Source: a virus
Lineage: Duplodnaviria; Caudoviricetes
Reading direction: 5' to 3' (one strand)
Length of the DNA stretch: 64,000 nucleotides
Virus record (IMG/VR): IMGVR_UViG_2785511464_000001
Coordinates: 31,771-95,770 of that record
Shown: positions 1 through 10,378 of the stretch, one piece after another
How the letters are laid out: each line of letters begins with the position of its first letter
How positions within the stretch are numbered: position 1 is the stretch's first letter
Program-made: the position numbers and the translations under genes
Notes under the pieces: model-generated
Told to the model about the DNA's origin: nothing
The model's input: the letters and a program-made list of their open reading frames with translations, nothing else
The model's database searches: none

Positions 1-159
1 GAGGCCGGCACCTCCGACCTTACGGCTGCGGACGCTGTTGCCGCTGTGGCCGCCAAGACGGAGGTCGCAGCTCTCGCACCCATTGCCGATCCCGGAACGG
101 CCACGGCCACCGAAGTGGCGACGGCATACAACGCGCTCGTCGCGGCCCTCAAAGCCTAA
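1..159 (+). CDS. 3' end of head fibre/decoration-like virion protein (truncated by window)
   Basis: Frame 1 open to TAA at 159: ...PIADPGTATATEVATAYNALVAALKA*; Ala-rich end resembles phage head-fibre C-termini; upstream of the tail tube. Confidence 0.5.
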   Translation, partial: EAGTSDLTAADAVAAVAAKTEVAALAPIADPGTATATEVATAYNALVAALKA

Positions 160-200
160 GCGCCAACGGACAGGCGAACTCCAACAGAAGGACATAAGCT

Positions 201-1448
201 ATGACCGTTGCAGCTCCTCTCCTCACGCGGCGTGCTGTCTTGCAGGCCGCGATTGAGGCGACCTACCGCGATGAGGCTGTGGTCGGGGTCAACGACGCGC
301 TCTACGTGCAGGAGCCCGATTACTCCGTGGACGTCAACCTGCTCGAACGAGACTTCGCGCGGGACGACCTTTCTCCTCTGCCGAACATCGTGGGTCGCCG
401 TCTCGCGTCCATGACCTTCACGACAGAGCTGAAGGGGTCCGGGTTCCAGCACAGTGGCGACATCAACGACGCCCCGCTCATCTCGCGCCTGTTCCGGGCC
501 TGCGGCTATTCGCTCACCGCGAATGCTGCGCCGGACAGCACCGTGATGTATCCGCTCGGCACCCACAATGTGGAAGTGGCCTGGGCCGTCGATGTCTCGG
601 CGGCAGCGCACACCGAGCTGATCAATTACACCGTGGAAGTCGTCACGGGCGGCGCGTCTGGTGTGGCCGAGGTCATCGTCCATTCCGACACCGCTGGTGA
701 GGACGCGGCGGCAGCCATCGTCACGGACGGGCAGCCAATCACTCTGGGCACGTCCGGCGTCACCGTGACGCCTACCTGGTCGGGTGATCTTCAGGTGGGC
801 AAGCGCTGGACAATCTGGGCCATGCCCACGGGTCTGCGCCTCGACCCGATCTCGGACAACTTCGAGAGCCTGACGCTCGTCCTGAACATGGACGGTGTGC
901 AGCACAAGATGCTGGGCTCGCTGGGCACCTTCTCGGTCACTGCCGAGGCCGGCGATTACGCTCGCATCGAATGGGAGTTTCAGGGCACGTTCCTTGATCC
1001 CGAAGATGTGCCGATGCCGATCTGCAATTACGAGAAGTCCCTGCCGTCCCAGGTGGAGCTTGCTCGTCTGCGGGTGGATCGCGATTACACGATTGTCAAC
1101 GCCTTCAATTACACGCAGGGCAACGACATTCAGATCAGGCCGGACGTCAGCTCCAAGGAAGGCTATGTGGGCACCCGCATCGTCTCCCGTGCGCCGGAAG
1201 GGGGTATCGACCCCGAAGCCGAGCTGGTCGCCAACCACGACTTCTGGGGCAAGATGGGCCGGGCCGACCGTCTCACCTTCCAGATGCGCGTGGGCAAGGA
1301 GCCCGGCAACACCGTCTGGTTCCTCGCGCCGAGCGTCCAGTACACGGGTCTGACCTATCAGGATCGGAACGGCATCAGAACCTACGACGCCCAGCTTCGC
1401 TTCTCGCGGGTTCTGGGCAACGACGAGCTGTGCATCGTCTTGATCTGA
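201..1448 (+). CDS. Major tail tube protein
   Basis: 415 aa, RBS GAAGGA, beta-rich, directly upstream of chaperone and tape measure genes. Confidence 0.75.
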   Translation: MTVAAPLLTRRAVLQAAIEATYRDEAVVGVNDALYVQEPDYSVDVNLLERDFARDDLSPLPNIVGRRLASMTFTTELKGSGFQHSGDINDAPLISRLFRACGYSLTANAAPDSTVMYPLGTHNVEVAWAVDVSAAAHTELINYTVEVVTGGASGVAEVIVHSDTAGEDAAAAIVTDGQPITLGTSGVTVTPTWSGDLQVGKRWTIWAMPTGLRLDPISDNFESLTLVLNMDGVQHKMLGSLGTFSVTAEAGDYARIEWEFQGTFLDPEDVPMPICNYEKSLPSQVELARLRVDRDYTIVNAFNYTQGNDIQIRPDVSSKEGYVGTRIVSRAPEGGIDPEAELVANHDFWGKMGRADRLTFQMRVGKEPGNTVWFLAPSVQYTGLTYQDRNGIRTYDAQLRFSRVLGNDELCIVLI

Positions 1449-1476
1449 CGTGTGCAATTAATTGCAATTTGGTCTC

Positions 1477-1506
1477 AGGGGGAGGGTGGTTTCACTCTCC
1501 CCCTTT
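1477..1506 (+). terminator. Hairpin, probable terminator after the tail tube gene
   Basis: AGGGGGAGGGTG-GTTT-CACTCTCCCCCT-TT, 10 bp after the box at 1453. Confidence 0.55.
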
Positions 1507-1522
1507 GCATTTGGAGGATCAG

Positions 1523-1720
1523 ATGGCCGGGTATTCCGTCCGGGTTTACGTGGTGCAGCTCGCTGATGCGCAGGGGAACCTGACCGGCCCCGTGGTGGCT
1601 GCAAAGCTCACGTACAAAGCAGCGCACGAGATCGCCAAAGAATATGCGCCGGCAAAGGTGACTCCGATGATTGCCGACAAGTCCAGTGTGCCGAATAATC
1701 CAGACTTTCATTCGACTTAG
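1523..1720 (+). CDS. Small hypothetical protein
   Basis: GGAGG RBS then ATG at 1523 (MAGYSVRVYVV...). Confidence 0.55.
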   Translation: MAGYSVRVYVVQLADAQGNLTGPVVAAKLTYKAAHEIAKEYAPAKVTPMIADKSSVPNNPDFHST

Positions 1721-1786
1721 ACATCGGGTTTTCAGATTATCTTTACGCCCGCAGGGTATTCTTCTTGAAAGAAGGAGGATCACCCC

Positions 1787-2170
1787 ATGGCAAAGAAGCA
1801 AAAAACCCACGAGTGGAAGCCCAAGCGGATCGTGTCTGTCCTTGGTGTAGCCGCAGCCATTTTCGGGGTCACTCAGTATTTCGGGTATCGCGAAGCCGAG
1901 GCGTTCAAACGCGGCGAGTCTTTCTACGACGGCACCCAATGCCTGTCCTCCTGGGACGGCAGCCCAAGGAACCTGGTGTTCGCCGTCGAGGACAAGCTGA
2001 AAGACCCCGACAGCTTCCAGCACATCGAGACCCGATACAACAACGCTGACCCGAAAAAGATCGTCGTGCGGATGGAGTACCGGGCACGAAACAGCTTCGG
2101 CGGCTACGTCGTTGAGACGGCTTACGGCGAGCTCGACAAGAACAACTGCAAAGTCCTCCGCGCCTGGTGA
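1787..2170 (+). CDS. Membrane-anchored periplasmic protein (moron-like)
   Basis: AGGAGG RBS; N-terminal TM helix; LKDPDSFQHIET...YRARNSFGG motif. Confidence 0.7.
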   Translation: MAKKQKTHEWKPKRIVSVLGVAAAIFGVTQYFGYREAEAFKRGESFYDGTQCLSSWDGSPRNLVFAVEDKLKDPDSFQHIETRYNNADPKKIVVRMEYRARNSFGGYVVETAYGELDKNNCKVLRAW

Positions 2171-2289
2171 CTCCGGCGCGGTTTTTGGTCCAGCGAGTTT
2201 GCAATTAATTGCACGGGCCTGATGCCTCTAGTAGGTTGCCGGGACTGCTCATAAGGGCAGCCACCGCCACGCAGCCAGGAGGCAGATTG

Positions 2290-2778
2290 ATGGCACTGAT
2301 CGCGATGACCGTCTCGGATACGGTCGAACACGTTTCCGTCAAAGACCCCGCACGCACCGTCACGAAGGTTCCCGTCGATGAGAACGACCCTTCCAAGGGT
2401 ATGCGCGACCAGGTGAACATCGCCGATGGTGCGACCAAGTTCTTCCTGAAGCCGCTCGACGTGTTCCTGATGGGCTACATCTACGACAACGCGTCCTCGC
2501 TCTCCGGCAAGGAAGGCAGCGACGAGATCGGCATTAAGACCCGCGTCAACCAGACCAACATCGACGCGGTGCGGCACGGCCTGGCCGGCTTCCAGAACTT
2601 CCTCGACGCCAAGGGCACCCACATCAAGTTCAGCACGGTCAAGATCGCCGTGAACGGTCGCGAATACGAAGTGGCCGACGACGAGACCATGAAGAAGCTG
2701 GGCATCCGCCTGATCCAGGAGCTTGCTGCCCGGATCAAGGAGATCAGTGAGGTCTCGGCGGAAGAGGAAAAAAACTAA
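2290..2778 (+). CDS. Tail assembly chaperone (gpG-like)
   Basis: AGGAGG RBS, ATG 2290; ends in slippery A-AAA-AAC before TAA; between tail tube and TMP. Confidence 0.8.
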   Translation: MALIAMTVSDTVEHVSVKDPARTVTKVPVDENDPSKGMRDQVNIADGATKFFLKPLDVFLMGYIYDNASSLSGKEGSDEIGIKTRVNQTNIDAVRHGLAGFQNFLDAKGTHIKFSTVKIAVNGREYEVADDETMKKLGIRLIQELAARIKEISEVSAEEEKN

Positions 2779-3203
2779 GAAGGGGCGTCACCGTTGTCCG
2801 GTTGATGCCTGAGCGCGAATGCGTGGGGTGCTCAAAGCAGAAGGAGTGGGGCTGTACGGCTAAGCGGTGGAAGGACCATCTTCCACACGAGCCTGACGTC
2901 CCCGGCAACTGGATCAGGCCGGCCAAAGTGCCGGTCACGATCCTCGGGGATACGCTCTACTCCTGCCCCCGGCAGAACCTGCACCAGAACCCGCAATACT
3001 GGAGCTGGTTGCTGAAGTTCTACGGCTTCTACAAGAAGGGCTTCCTACCCGGCCCCGGAGGCATACTGGACCAGTCCAACAAGGCTATCGAGGTGTTTCG
3101 CATCCTCGACGATGCCAACGACCAGTGTGATCGCGTCGAAGACGAGAAGCGTAAAAAGAGGGGAGCCAAAGGGTCACCTCCAGTACAGCGTCCTTCGCGT
3201 TGA
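2769..3203 (+). CDS. Tail assembly chaperone -1 frameshift extension (gpGT-like)
   Basis: Heptamer AAAAAAC at 2769-2775; the -1 frame is open from there through ORF 2802..3203. Confidence 0.75.
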   Translation, partial: KKLRRGVTVVRLMPERECVGCSKQKEWGCTAKRWKDHLPHEPDVPGNWIRPAKVPVTILGDTLYSCPRQNLHQNPQYWSWLLKFYGFYKKGFLPGPGGILDQSNKAIEVFRILDDANDQCDRVEDEKRKKRGAKGSPPVQRPSR

Positions 3204-3231
3204 TGAAATTAATTGCACACGGTGATGCCCC

Positions 3232-6200
3232 ATGAACGGCGAAGAGCTAGAATTCATCCTTCGTATGCGCGACGAAGCCACCGCCATCCTTGACAAGGTG
3301 GGCGGTGGTCTCGGCAAGGCCGGCAAGGGGGCCAAAGGCTTCTCCGACGAGAACAAGAAGGTCAGCCGGAGCCTGGGTGATGTCGTCAAGCAGGCCAAGG
3401 CGGCTACGGCGGCCCTCGGCGGCATGTACGGCTCCATGCGCATGCTTCGGAGCGCCACCAACGCCTGGAGCGATTACCAGCTCGGCCTCGTGGGTGTGGT
3501 GAAGACCACGGGTATGGCCGGTCGCGAGCTCGATGTCTTCCGGGGCAAGTTCGATCAGCTCGACCGGACGATGAAGGGCATCTCGACCCAGCAAATCCAC
3601 GCACTCTCCGAGACCGTGGGCCAGCTGGGTGTGACGGGCTCCGACAACATCGTCGCCATGACCGAAGTGCTGGCCAAGCTCGGCGTGACCACGGACATCG
3701 TGGGGCAGGAGGGGGCATCCTCCGTGGCCCGTATTCTTACGCTCACGGGTGAGGGGGCCAAAGGCGTCCGCGAGTTCGGTGACGCGCTGAACTACCTCGG
3801 CAACAACTCGGCAGCGTCCGAGAGTGAAATCCTACGCATGGCCACGGTGCTTGCTCAGTCCACGGCTGAGTTCGGTATCTCCGGCAAGAACATTCTGGCC
3901 CTGTCTGCCGGCGCTCGGCAGCTGGGGGTGAGCTTCGAGCTCTTCGGCACTTCGTCTGGTCGGGTGCTGCGCAACCTGCGCGACGGCATGATGGCCAATA
4001 CGACCGGCTTCAGGACATTCCTTTCCGTGGCCGGCATGACGCGCGAAGAGTTCCAGAAGCTGCTGGCCGAGAAGCCCGAGCAGGTCATTGTGCGTTTTGC
4101 CCAGGCATACGCCCAGATGACGGGTAGCGGTGGTTCCGCTGGCTTCCTCCAGGCGCTGGGTCTGAACACCGACGAGATCAAACGCGTCTTCGGTGCCATC
4201 GGCGTGCAGGTCGAGGCCATGCAGGAGAAGCTGAACCTCGTACAGAGCGACGAGATGTACGGGGCGCTGGATCGTGAAGCCGAGCAGTTCTTTGCTGCTC
4301 AGGCGAACCAGCTCGACGGTATGGCTAAGGCGTGGAAGTCGTTCAACGCGTCTGTCGGCGAGGCCCTTGCACCCCTGACAGGGCCGGTTATCGAAGGTGT
4401 GACGCAAGCCCTCTACGGGCTTTCCGACGCCATCAGCGGTTTGCCCGCCGGCATCAAGCAGGTTGCTGCAGCCGGGATCGTGCTCGCACCCGCCATTGGT
4501 GGTATCGCCGCAGCGTTCAAGGTGCTGAAGCCTCTCCTCGTGTCCGTCGGTATGTGGAAGACCGCCAGCGGTGGTGTGGGCATCCTCGCCAAGGCCGTCG
4601 GCGGGCTCAAGGGGGCTGTCTCTCTGGCGGGACGGGTCATCAGCCGCACATGGCCGGTTCTTGTCGGTCTGCTGGCTGGTGAGGCCGCGCGCGCAGGCGG
4701 CGACTGGATCGCCGAATGGGCGGAGCGCAATCTGGGAGAAACCACCCTCAGCAAGCTCGCCGCGTTCCGCAAGGAGTACGAAGGCTTCTTCGACTTCATG
4801 GCTCAAGATTTGGTGACCGGGGTTATCCAGTCCGGCCCGAACGCGGGCATCAATTACCGCACAGGCCAGCGTGAGTATGAGCAGAATGACAAGGGTGAGT
4901 GGGTAAAGTACACGCCCAAGGTAGAGCTGCAGCCCGATTGGGGCGACGGGATCGGCAGCACGCTGCGCGACCGGGTTCAGGACGAGGTTGATGCCGCCGG
5001 CCCGGTGCGCATCCCTGTGACCGAAGAGGATTACGACGCCCTCAAGGCGCTCAACTCCCAGATCGGCCTGCTCGAAGACATCAGGGCGCAGGAAGAGGCG
5101 CTGAACCGTATCCGCGAGAGCGGTATGGACATGCTGCGCAATCACAACGACGCGTTGTCCGAGCAGGACGTTGAGCGCGCCCAGCGGCTCCTCGACCTCA
5201 AGAAGGAGGCCGCTGCCGATCCAGTTGGCTGGTCTCTGCGTGATCTGGACAGCGAAATTGATGCGGCGCGCGCCGTAACCAGCGAGCAGAAGCACCAGCT
5301 GGCGATCCGCGAGAAGGTGCGTGAGATCGTTGAGCAGACCGGCGAGTCCGAAGAGCGTGTGCTTGGGCGCGTCACCGCCAAGATGAATGAGCTCCGGGAC
5401 GCTCAGTCGAAGATGAACTTCAACGACATGATCCGGGACTACAACTCGGACATCGAGGCGGCACGCGCAGTCACGGTTGAGGCTCGTATGGAGCTGGAAG
5501 TTCGCGAAGCCATCCGCGACCTGCAGGAAGAGGGCAAGAAGCTCGACGAAGAACAGGTTGCCGCCATTCGTGGCAAGGTGCAGGAGCTTTACAAGGTCCA
5601 GCAGGCCAACGCCTTCGAAGACCAGATGCGCGCCGCTCGCAGCAGCCTGGACATTGCCCGCGCAACCACGGAGGCCGAGCGTGAGCGGCTGCAGATCAAG
5701 CAGCAGATCGACGCGTTCGAGCGCCAGCACGGCAAGCTCGCCCCCGAGGACCGCCAGCAGCTCGCCGCAGCACTGGCCGCCAAGAACCAGGCGGAGGCGT
5801 TCGGTCAGCTCCGGTCCACTCTGGACCCGGTGGGCGAGGCCACGCGTCAGTACGAGCAGAACGTCCAGACGCTGAACCAGGCGCTCGCCGACGGCAGCAT
5901 CACGGCACAGCAGTATCAGGACATGCTGAACCGCCTCAACGTCACCACGCAGGACGCCCGTGACCCGTTCGGGGCGCAAATCCGATCCATGCAGGAGGCC
6001 CTGCAGGTTGCCCGCATGACGGGCGACTATCGCGATGCCGACGTGAAGACCCTCCAGACGATCAATCGTCTTCAGGAGCAGGGCGTCACGCTCTCGCAGA
6101 CCCAGAAGGATCAGATCGCGGCCATGAACCGCGAGCTTCAGGACATCGAGAAGGCGCGCGGCAGCGGTCTTCAGGGCTGGGCGAGCGGCATCGGCTCCCT

Positions 6201-8034
6201 GAAGGACAACCTGATGGACCTGACCAAGGACTTCGCCTCCGGGCTGTCCGATGCGCTGGTCGGCGTCTTTACGGGGCAGAAGGGGGCCATCACTGGTCTT
6301 CTGCGCAACCTGGCGACCGGCATGGTCCGCCTGGGCGTGAACCAGATCATGAAGAACATGGTGCAGAGCTTTCAGGGCGGCGGTGGTGCGTCCGGGATGG
6401 GCAAAGGCGGCATCGGCGGGTTCTTCTCCCGCCTGTTCGGTCGGGGCGATCAGGAGCAATCCCCGGCCAAGGACGCAGCCAGCACCGTGCAGGATGCCGT
6501 GCAGCAGATGACGGCGGCCAATATGACGGTAACCGCCGGCACCGTGATGATCAACGGGTCTCCGGTAGGCATGCCCGGCGTTGGCGGCCCTACGACCGGT
6601 TCGATCTCCCAGCGTGGCGGAATGATCTTTGATGAGCTCATGCCGTCCGGTGGCGCGGCCAACAGCAACCTCGCCGGCCTTGGGTCGCAGATCAACTCGG
6701 CTGTGGCTCAGTCGGCGTCCTCTGCCGTGGACAACGCCACGAAGTTCCTCGGCATGAGCGAGCATACGAACGCCAGTCAGCTGAACTCGTTTATGAAGTC
6801 GCAGGGCGTGGACATCGACGCGGCCAAGACCGCTTGGTGCGCGGCCTTCGTCAACACGAACCTGGAGGCGGTCGGTGTGGATGGCACGGGCTCGCTGGTA
6901 GCCAACTCGTTCCTGAAGTGGGGCGACGGGGTGAACCCGCAGGACGTGCTCAAGGGCGACGTTCTCGTGCAGCACCGTAACAAAGGCTACGGAAACACGG
7001 GCGGGCACGTGGGCTTCGCCACGGGCAACACCAAGATGTCGGAGCAGGGGCTTCTCCTGGAGATGCTGTCCGGCAACGAGAAGGATCGCGTCCAGAAGTC
7101 GTGGAAGCTCGCCGACCAGGTAGCCGTGCGCCGCGCCAGTGCCGAGATGGGCAACGCCCCGCTGGATGCCATGTCCACGGCCTCCGTTCCCGAGGTGTCC
7201 CAGCTGACCAACCAGTGGCAGCAGCAGATGGCGACGGCAAACGCGAATATCGCCCAGCAGATGCCCCAGGCGTTTCAGGCCCCGATGCAGAACGTCGGCC
7301 AGCAGTTCGACCAGGTGTTCGCTCAGGGCGGCAGCGCCTTCCAGCAGGTGGCCCCGCAGATGCAGAACATCGCCCAGCAGGCGCAGTCCGTGGTGCCACA
7401 GCTTGGCGGTGTGGGGCAGGGCCTGACGAGCCTCATGGGTCCGCTCGGGCAGATGGTGCCGGGTCTGAACGACTTCCAGAACGGTCTTCAGGACGCCCTC
7501 AAGTCGATCCTCGGCTCCGGCGGTGGCGGCGGTGGGGGTGGTGGCATCCAGTCCATCATGAACCAGCTGATGGGCTCCCTCGGCGGCGGTGGCGGCGGTG
7601 GCATGTTCGGCGGCATCTTCAGCATCTTCAAGCTTCTGCTCGGCGGCCTGTTCCACAAGGGTGGCGTGGTCGGCGACGGTATGCCCGCCTCGGGTATGCG
7701 CGCTCTCCCGGCCAGCGCCTGGAACAACGCTCCGCGCTTCCACAAGGGTCTGAAGAGCAACGAGTACACCGCCATCCTGGAGCGCGGAGAGCGCGTCCTG
7801 ACGGCCAACGACGACCGGCGGAACATCAATCTGATCGAAGGTCTCTCCGAGCGTCTGGATGCCCAGAGCCGGCAGCGCGCCCAGAACGATCGATCCCGGT
7901 TCGGGAACGGGTCTCAGTACAACCAGAACATCACTGTTTACGCCGAGGACGCGAACAGTTTCCGCCGCAGCGAAGGTCAGCTCATGGCCGACAGCTCGGT
8001 GCAGCTGCGCAGGCTCGGTGGACGAAACAGCTAA
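3232..8034 (+). CDS. Tail tape measure protein with embedded TIGR02594/CHAP-like domain
   Basis: 1600 aa; TP901-like core, coiled coils, AWCAAFVN...GHVGF motif, C-terminal FHKGGVVG...APRFHKG. Confidence 0.9.
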   Translation: MNGEELEFILRMRDEATAILDKVGGGLGKAGKGAKGFSDENKKVSRSLGDVVKQAKAATAALGGMYGSMRMLRSATNAWSDYQLGLVGVVKTTGMAGRELDVFRGKFDQLDRTMKGISTQQIHALSETVGQLGVTGSDNIVAMTEVLAKLGVTTDIVGQEGASSVARILTLTGEGAKGVREFGDALNYLGNNSAASESEILRMATVLAQSTAEFGISGKNILALSAGARQLGVSFELFGTSSGRVLRNLRDGMMANTTGFRTFLSVAGMTREEFQKLLAEKPEQVIVRFAQAYAQMTGSGGSAGFLQALGLNTDEIKRVFGAIGVQVEAMQEKLNLVQSDEMYGALDREAEQFFAAQANQLDGMAKAWKSFNASVGEALAPLTGPVIEGVTQALYGLSDAISGLPAGIKQVAAAGIVLAPAIGGIAAAFKVLKPLLVSVGMWKTASGGVGILAKAVGGLKGAVSLAGRVISRTWPVLVGLLAGEAARAGGDWIAEWAERNLGETTLSKLAAFRKEYEGFFDFMAQDLVTGVIQSGPNAGINYRTGQREYEQNDKGEWVKYTPKVELQPDWGDGIGSTLRDRVQDEVDAAGPVRIPVTEEDYDALKALNSQIGLLEDIRAQEEALNRIRESGMDMLRNHNDALSEQDVERAQRLLDLKKEAAADPVGWSLRDLDSEIDAARAVTSEQKHQLAIREKVREIVEQTGESEERVLGRVTAKMNELRDAQSKMNFNDMIRDYNSDIEAARAVTVEARMELEVREAIRDLQEEGKKLDEEQVAAIRGKVQELYKVQQANAFEDQMRAARSSLDIARATTEAERERLQIKQQIDAFERQHGKLAPEDRQQLAAALAAKNQAEAFGQLRSTLDPVGEATRQYEQNVQTLNQALADGSITAQQYQDMLNRLNVTTQDARDPFGAQIRSMQEALQVARMTGDYRDADVKTLQTINRLQEQGVTLSQTQKDQIAAMNRELQDIEKARGSGLQGWASGIGSLKDNLMDLTKDFASGLSDALVGVFTGQKGAITGLLRNLATGMVRLGVNQIMKNMVQSFQGGGGASGMGKGGIGGFFSRLFGRGDQEQSPAKDAASTVQDAVQQMTAANMTVTAGTVMINGSPVGMPGVGGPTTGSISQRGGMIFDELMPSGGAANSNLAGLGSQINSAVAQSASSAVDNATKFLGMSEHTNASQLNSFMKSQGVDIDAAKTAWCAAFVNTNLEAVGVDGTGSLVANSFLKWGDGVNPQDVLKGDVLVQHRNKGYGNTGGHVGFATGNTKMSEQGLLLEMLSGNEKDRVQKSWKLADQVAVRRASAEMGNAPLDAMSTASVPEVSQLTNQWQQQMATANANIAQQMPQAFQAPMQNVGQQFDQVFAQGGSAFQQVAPQMQNIAQQAQSVVPQLGGVGQGLTSLMGPLGQMVPGLNDFQNGLQDALKSILGSGGGGGGGGGIQSIMNQLMGSLGGGGGGGMFGGIFSIFKLLLGGLFHKGGVVGDGMPASGMRALPASAWNNAPRFHKGLKSNEYTAILERGERVLTANDDRRNINLIEGLSERLDAQSRQRAQNDRSRFGNGSQYNQNITVYAEDANSFRRSEGQLMADSSVQLRRLGGRNS

Positions 8035-8060
8035 GCAATTAATTGCAATCGGAGAGAGAC

Positions 8061-9164
8061 ATGAGCCTGCTTTGGATGGACGGTTTCGACACCTACGGGG
8101 CGCACCACGGCGCGCTTACGGACAACGAAGACCAGGAGAAGGTACTTGCCAGCTCCGGCTACACCGCCGTCAGTCAGGCGACCTTCCATGACGCGACACG
8201 GACGGGGCGCGGGCTCGCCGTTCGTCTGTCCCGAGGGGCTGCCGTTTACCAGACCGGACGCCTTCGCAGGGCGTTCGAGACGCGTGACGAGGTGATCATG
8301 GGCGCTGCCGTGCGGGTCGGTAGCTCGGATTTCGACCGGTTCTTCACGATCATGTACGACAACCAGCTGGGTGATCTGCATTCGCAAATCTCCATTGCCC
8401 GTAATGCGCAGGGCGGGATTTCCGTGGTCGGCTACACGACCGGGCCATCGGGGAGTGTAAGCACCCATCTTGTGGCCGCCTCCCGACCCAACGTGATGTT
8501 CCCGGACGTCTGGCACTACGTCGAAGTGAAGTACAAGCCCGGCTCTCACGTCGTCGTACGACTGGATGGGGCTGTCGTGCTGAATGGAAGCGGCTGGACG
8601 AACCCCAAAGCCCCGAAGAGGGTCAATCTCTGCACGTTTATCTGCAGCCCAGCTGATTGGTCTACCGCGCATTCTAACACGCACACCTACTTCGACGACC
8701 TGTACCTCTGCGACACGCACGGGACGCAGTTCAACACCTTCTGTGGCGACGTGGTTGTTCACGGCCTGATGCCGCTGCAGGACGCCGGCCCGAATGACAT
8801 GTCGGCTTACGGTGGCGGCCTTGCGAATTATACGGCAGTGGATGATGTCCCGCCTGACGACAACCTCTCGTACATCTACTCGAACACGCTCGGGCACGTG
8901 GACATGTTCGATCTCGATGACCTCCCGGCGAACATCATAGACGTGCTCGCCGTGAGCGTTCACGCGCGCTGCCGCAAGGACGCCGCAGGCACCTCGAACA
9001 TCAAGCTCAAGGCGCGCTACGACGGGCTCACGGCGGACAGCCCGCCCATGACCCTGCCGACCGTATTCGTCGGGAAGCACCACATCTTCGAGACGGCCCC
9101 GGACGGCGGCGGGTGGAACAAGGTCAAGGCGAACAATCTGAACATTGGCGTGGAGATCGCCTGA
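8061..9164 (+). CDS. Virion protein with ConA/LamG-like fold, paralog of 18435..19490
   Basis: Starts MSLLWMDGFD; WHYVEVK...VRLDG motif; RBS GGAGAG. Confidence 0.6.
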   Translation: MSLLWMDGFDTYGAHHGALTDNEDQEKVLASSGYTAVSQATFHDATRTGRGLAVRLSRGAAVYQTGRLRRAFETRDEVIMGAAVRVGSSDFDRFFTIMYDNQLGDLHSQISIARNAQGGISVVGYTTGPSGSVSTHLVAASRPNVMFPDVWHYVEVKYKPGSHVVVRLDGAVVLNGSGWTNPKAPKRVNLCTFICSPADWSTAHSNTHTYFDDLYLCDTHGTQFNTFCGDVVVHGLMPLQDAGPNDMSAYGGGLANYTAVDDVPPDDNLSYIYSNTLGHVDMFDLDDLPANIIDVLAVSVHARCRKDAAGTSNIKLKARYDGLTADSPPMTLPTVFVGKHHIFETAPDGGGWNKVKANNLNIGVEIA

Positions 9165-10378
9165 TGTCCGGCAGGATCACCGCTTCATGGTCTGGGATGA
9201 TGGTTGTCGGGGAGGACAGCATCCACGTCACCCAGAACACCGCGAACTTCCTCGGGCGCTCCAGCGGCCACCGCCGAAGGATCACCCAGGTGTATGCGCA
9301 GATCATGGGTGAGTACCCGCTGAACACGGGTGAGCCAGAAGCTGACGGCTCGAACCGGTTCACCCAGCTTCATGCAAACGTGATGGTGCCCTTCACGCCC
9401 AATTTCGAGTGGATCGACATGGTTATCGACGAAGTTTTCCCGTTCGACATCAGCTACAATTCCATCGGTGCGACCCGCTTCCATACGGACGTCGTGCGGG
9501 TGGACAGCGGTCACGACCAACGCAGCAGCCGGTGGTCGCAGCCGCTCATGGAATACGACATCGCCTACGGGGTGCGCACCATGGAGCACCTGCAGGGCCT
9601 GATCGCATTCTTCCGCAGCATGGCGGGCCGCCGGAACGCATTCCTCTACCACGACCATGTGGACTACACCTCCACTCTGGCAGTCGATGAAGAAGCTCGC
9701 CGCGCGCCGGACATCTCTCCGCGCGACCAGGAGTTCGGGGTCGGCGACCATCAGCGCTACCGCTTCCAGCTCGTCAAGCACTACCCGACGCCAAGCGGCC
9801 AGTCCGCGCAGACCCGACCCATCTATCGCCCGAAGCCGGGTAGCGTGCAGGTCGCGGTCGGCGGTCTTCTGGTGGACAACTACGTCGTTGACCACGAGCG
9901 TGGCATTGTGGAGTTCATACCGAATTGGGCAAAGTATGACCTTCAGTCGATGCGCATTGAGCCCGATCTGGACGGGAACAACCAGCCGAATGGGCGCTGG
10001 ATCATCAGCGGCGACCCCGGCATGTTCACGGGGCTCTTCGACGGTGACAAGATCATCACGCGTGGCTGGCTCAATCCGGCAAACAACAGCAGCGAGACGA
10101 TCTCGCTGATCCTGACCAGTGTCGCAGGCGACGGCTCCAGCGTGACGTTCACCGCGCCAGAGAATTACGGGGAACTGGAGACGAACCGAAACGGCGTCAC
10201 CGTCGTCCGGCATCCGGCCCCGCAAGCGAACCTTCTTTTGACCGCCGGCTTCGAGTTCTATGTGCCCGTCCGGTTCGACACCGACCGGCTCCCCATCTCT
10301 CTGGAAGAGTACGGCGTGGGCGGCGCGGCTGACGTGAAGCTGATCGAGGTTCGCCCAGCGGAGATGTTTGACGAATGA
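9164..10378 (+). CDS. Distal tail protein (DUF2460/TIGR02217, GTA g12-like) with N-terminal extension
   Basis: FPFDISY...SGHDQRSSRWSQP...LIAFF...FQLVKHY...TAGFEFYVPVRFDTD; TGATG coupling. Confidence 0.85.
   Translation: MSGRITASWSGMMVVGEDSIHVTQNTANFLGRSSGHRRRITQVYAQIMGEYPLNTGEPEADGSNRFTQLHANVMVPFTPNFEWIDMVIDEVFPFDISYNSIGATRFHTDVVRVDSGHDQRSSRWSQPLMEYDIAYGVRTMEHLQGLIAFFRSMAGRRNAFLYHDHVDYTSTLAVDEEARRAPDISPRDQEFGVGDHQRYRFQLVKHYPTPSGQSAQTRPIYRPKPGSVQVAVGGLLVDNYVVDHERGIVEFIPNWAKYDLQSMRIEPDLDGNNQPNGRWIISGDPGMFTGLFDGDKIITRGWLNPANNSSETISLILTSVAGDGSSVTFTAPENYGELETNRNGVTVVRHPAPQANLLLTAGFEFYVPVRFDTDRLPISLEEYGVGGAADVKLIEVRPAEMFDE

Noticed and set aside
1453-1466. Box as a known host site (CtrA TTAA-N7-TTAA, alphaproteobacterial LexA GTTC-N7-GTTC, Mur/Fur boxes)
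   Set aside because: CtrA and LexA patterns do not fit. Mur-type boxes share TGCAA/TTGCA arms as I recall, but with longer spacing; not verifiable here, so a host binder is not formally excluded
7515-7602. (GGC/GGT)n repeats
   Set aside because: Poly-Gly linkers in the tape measure protein
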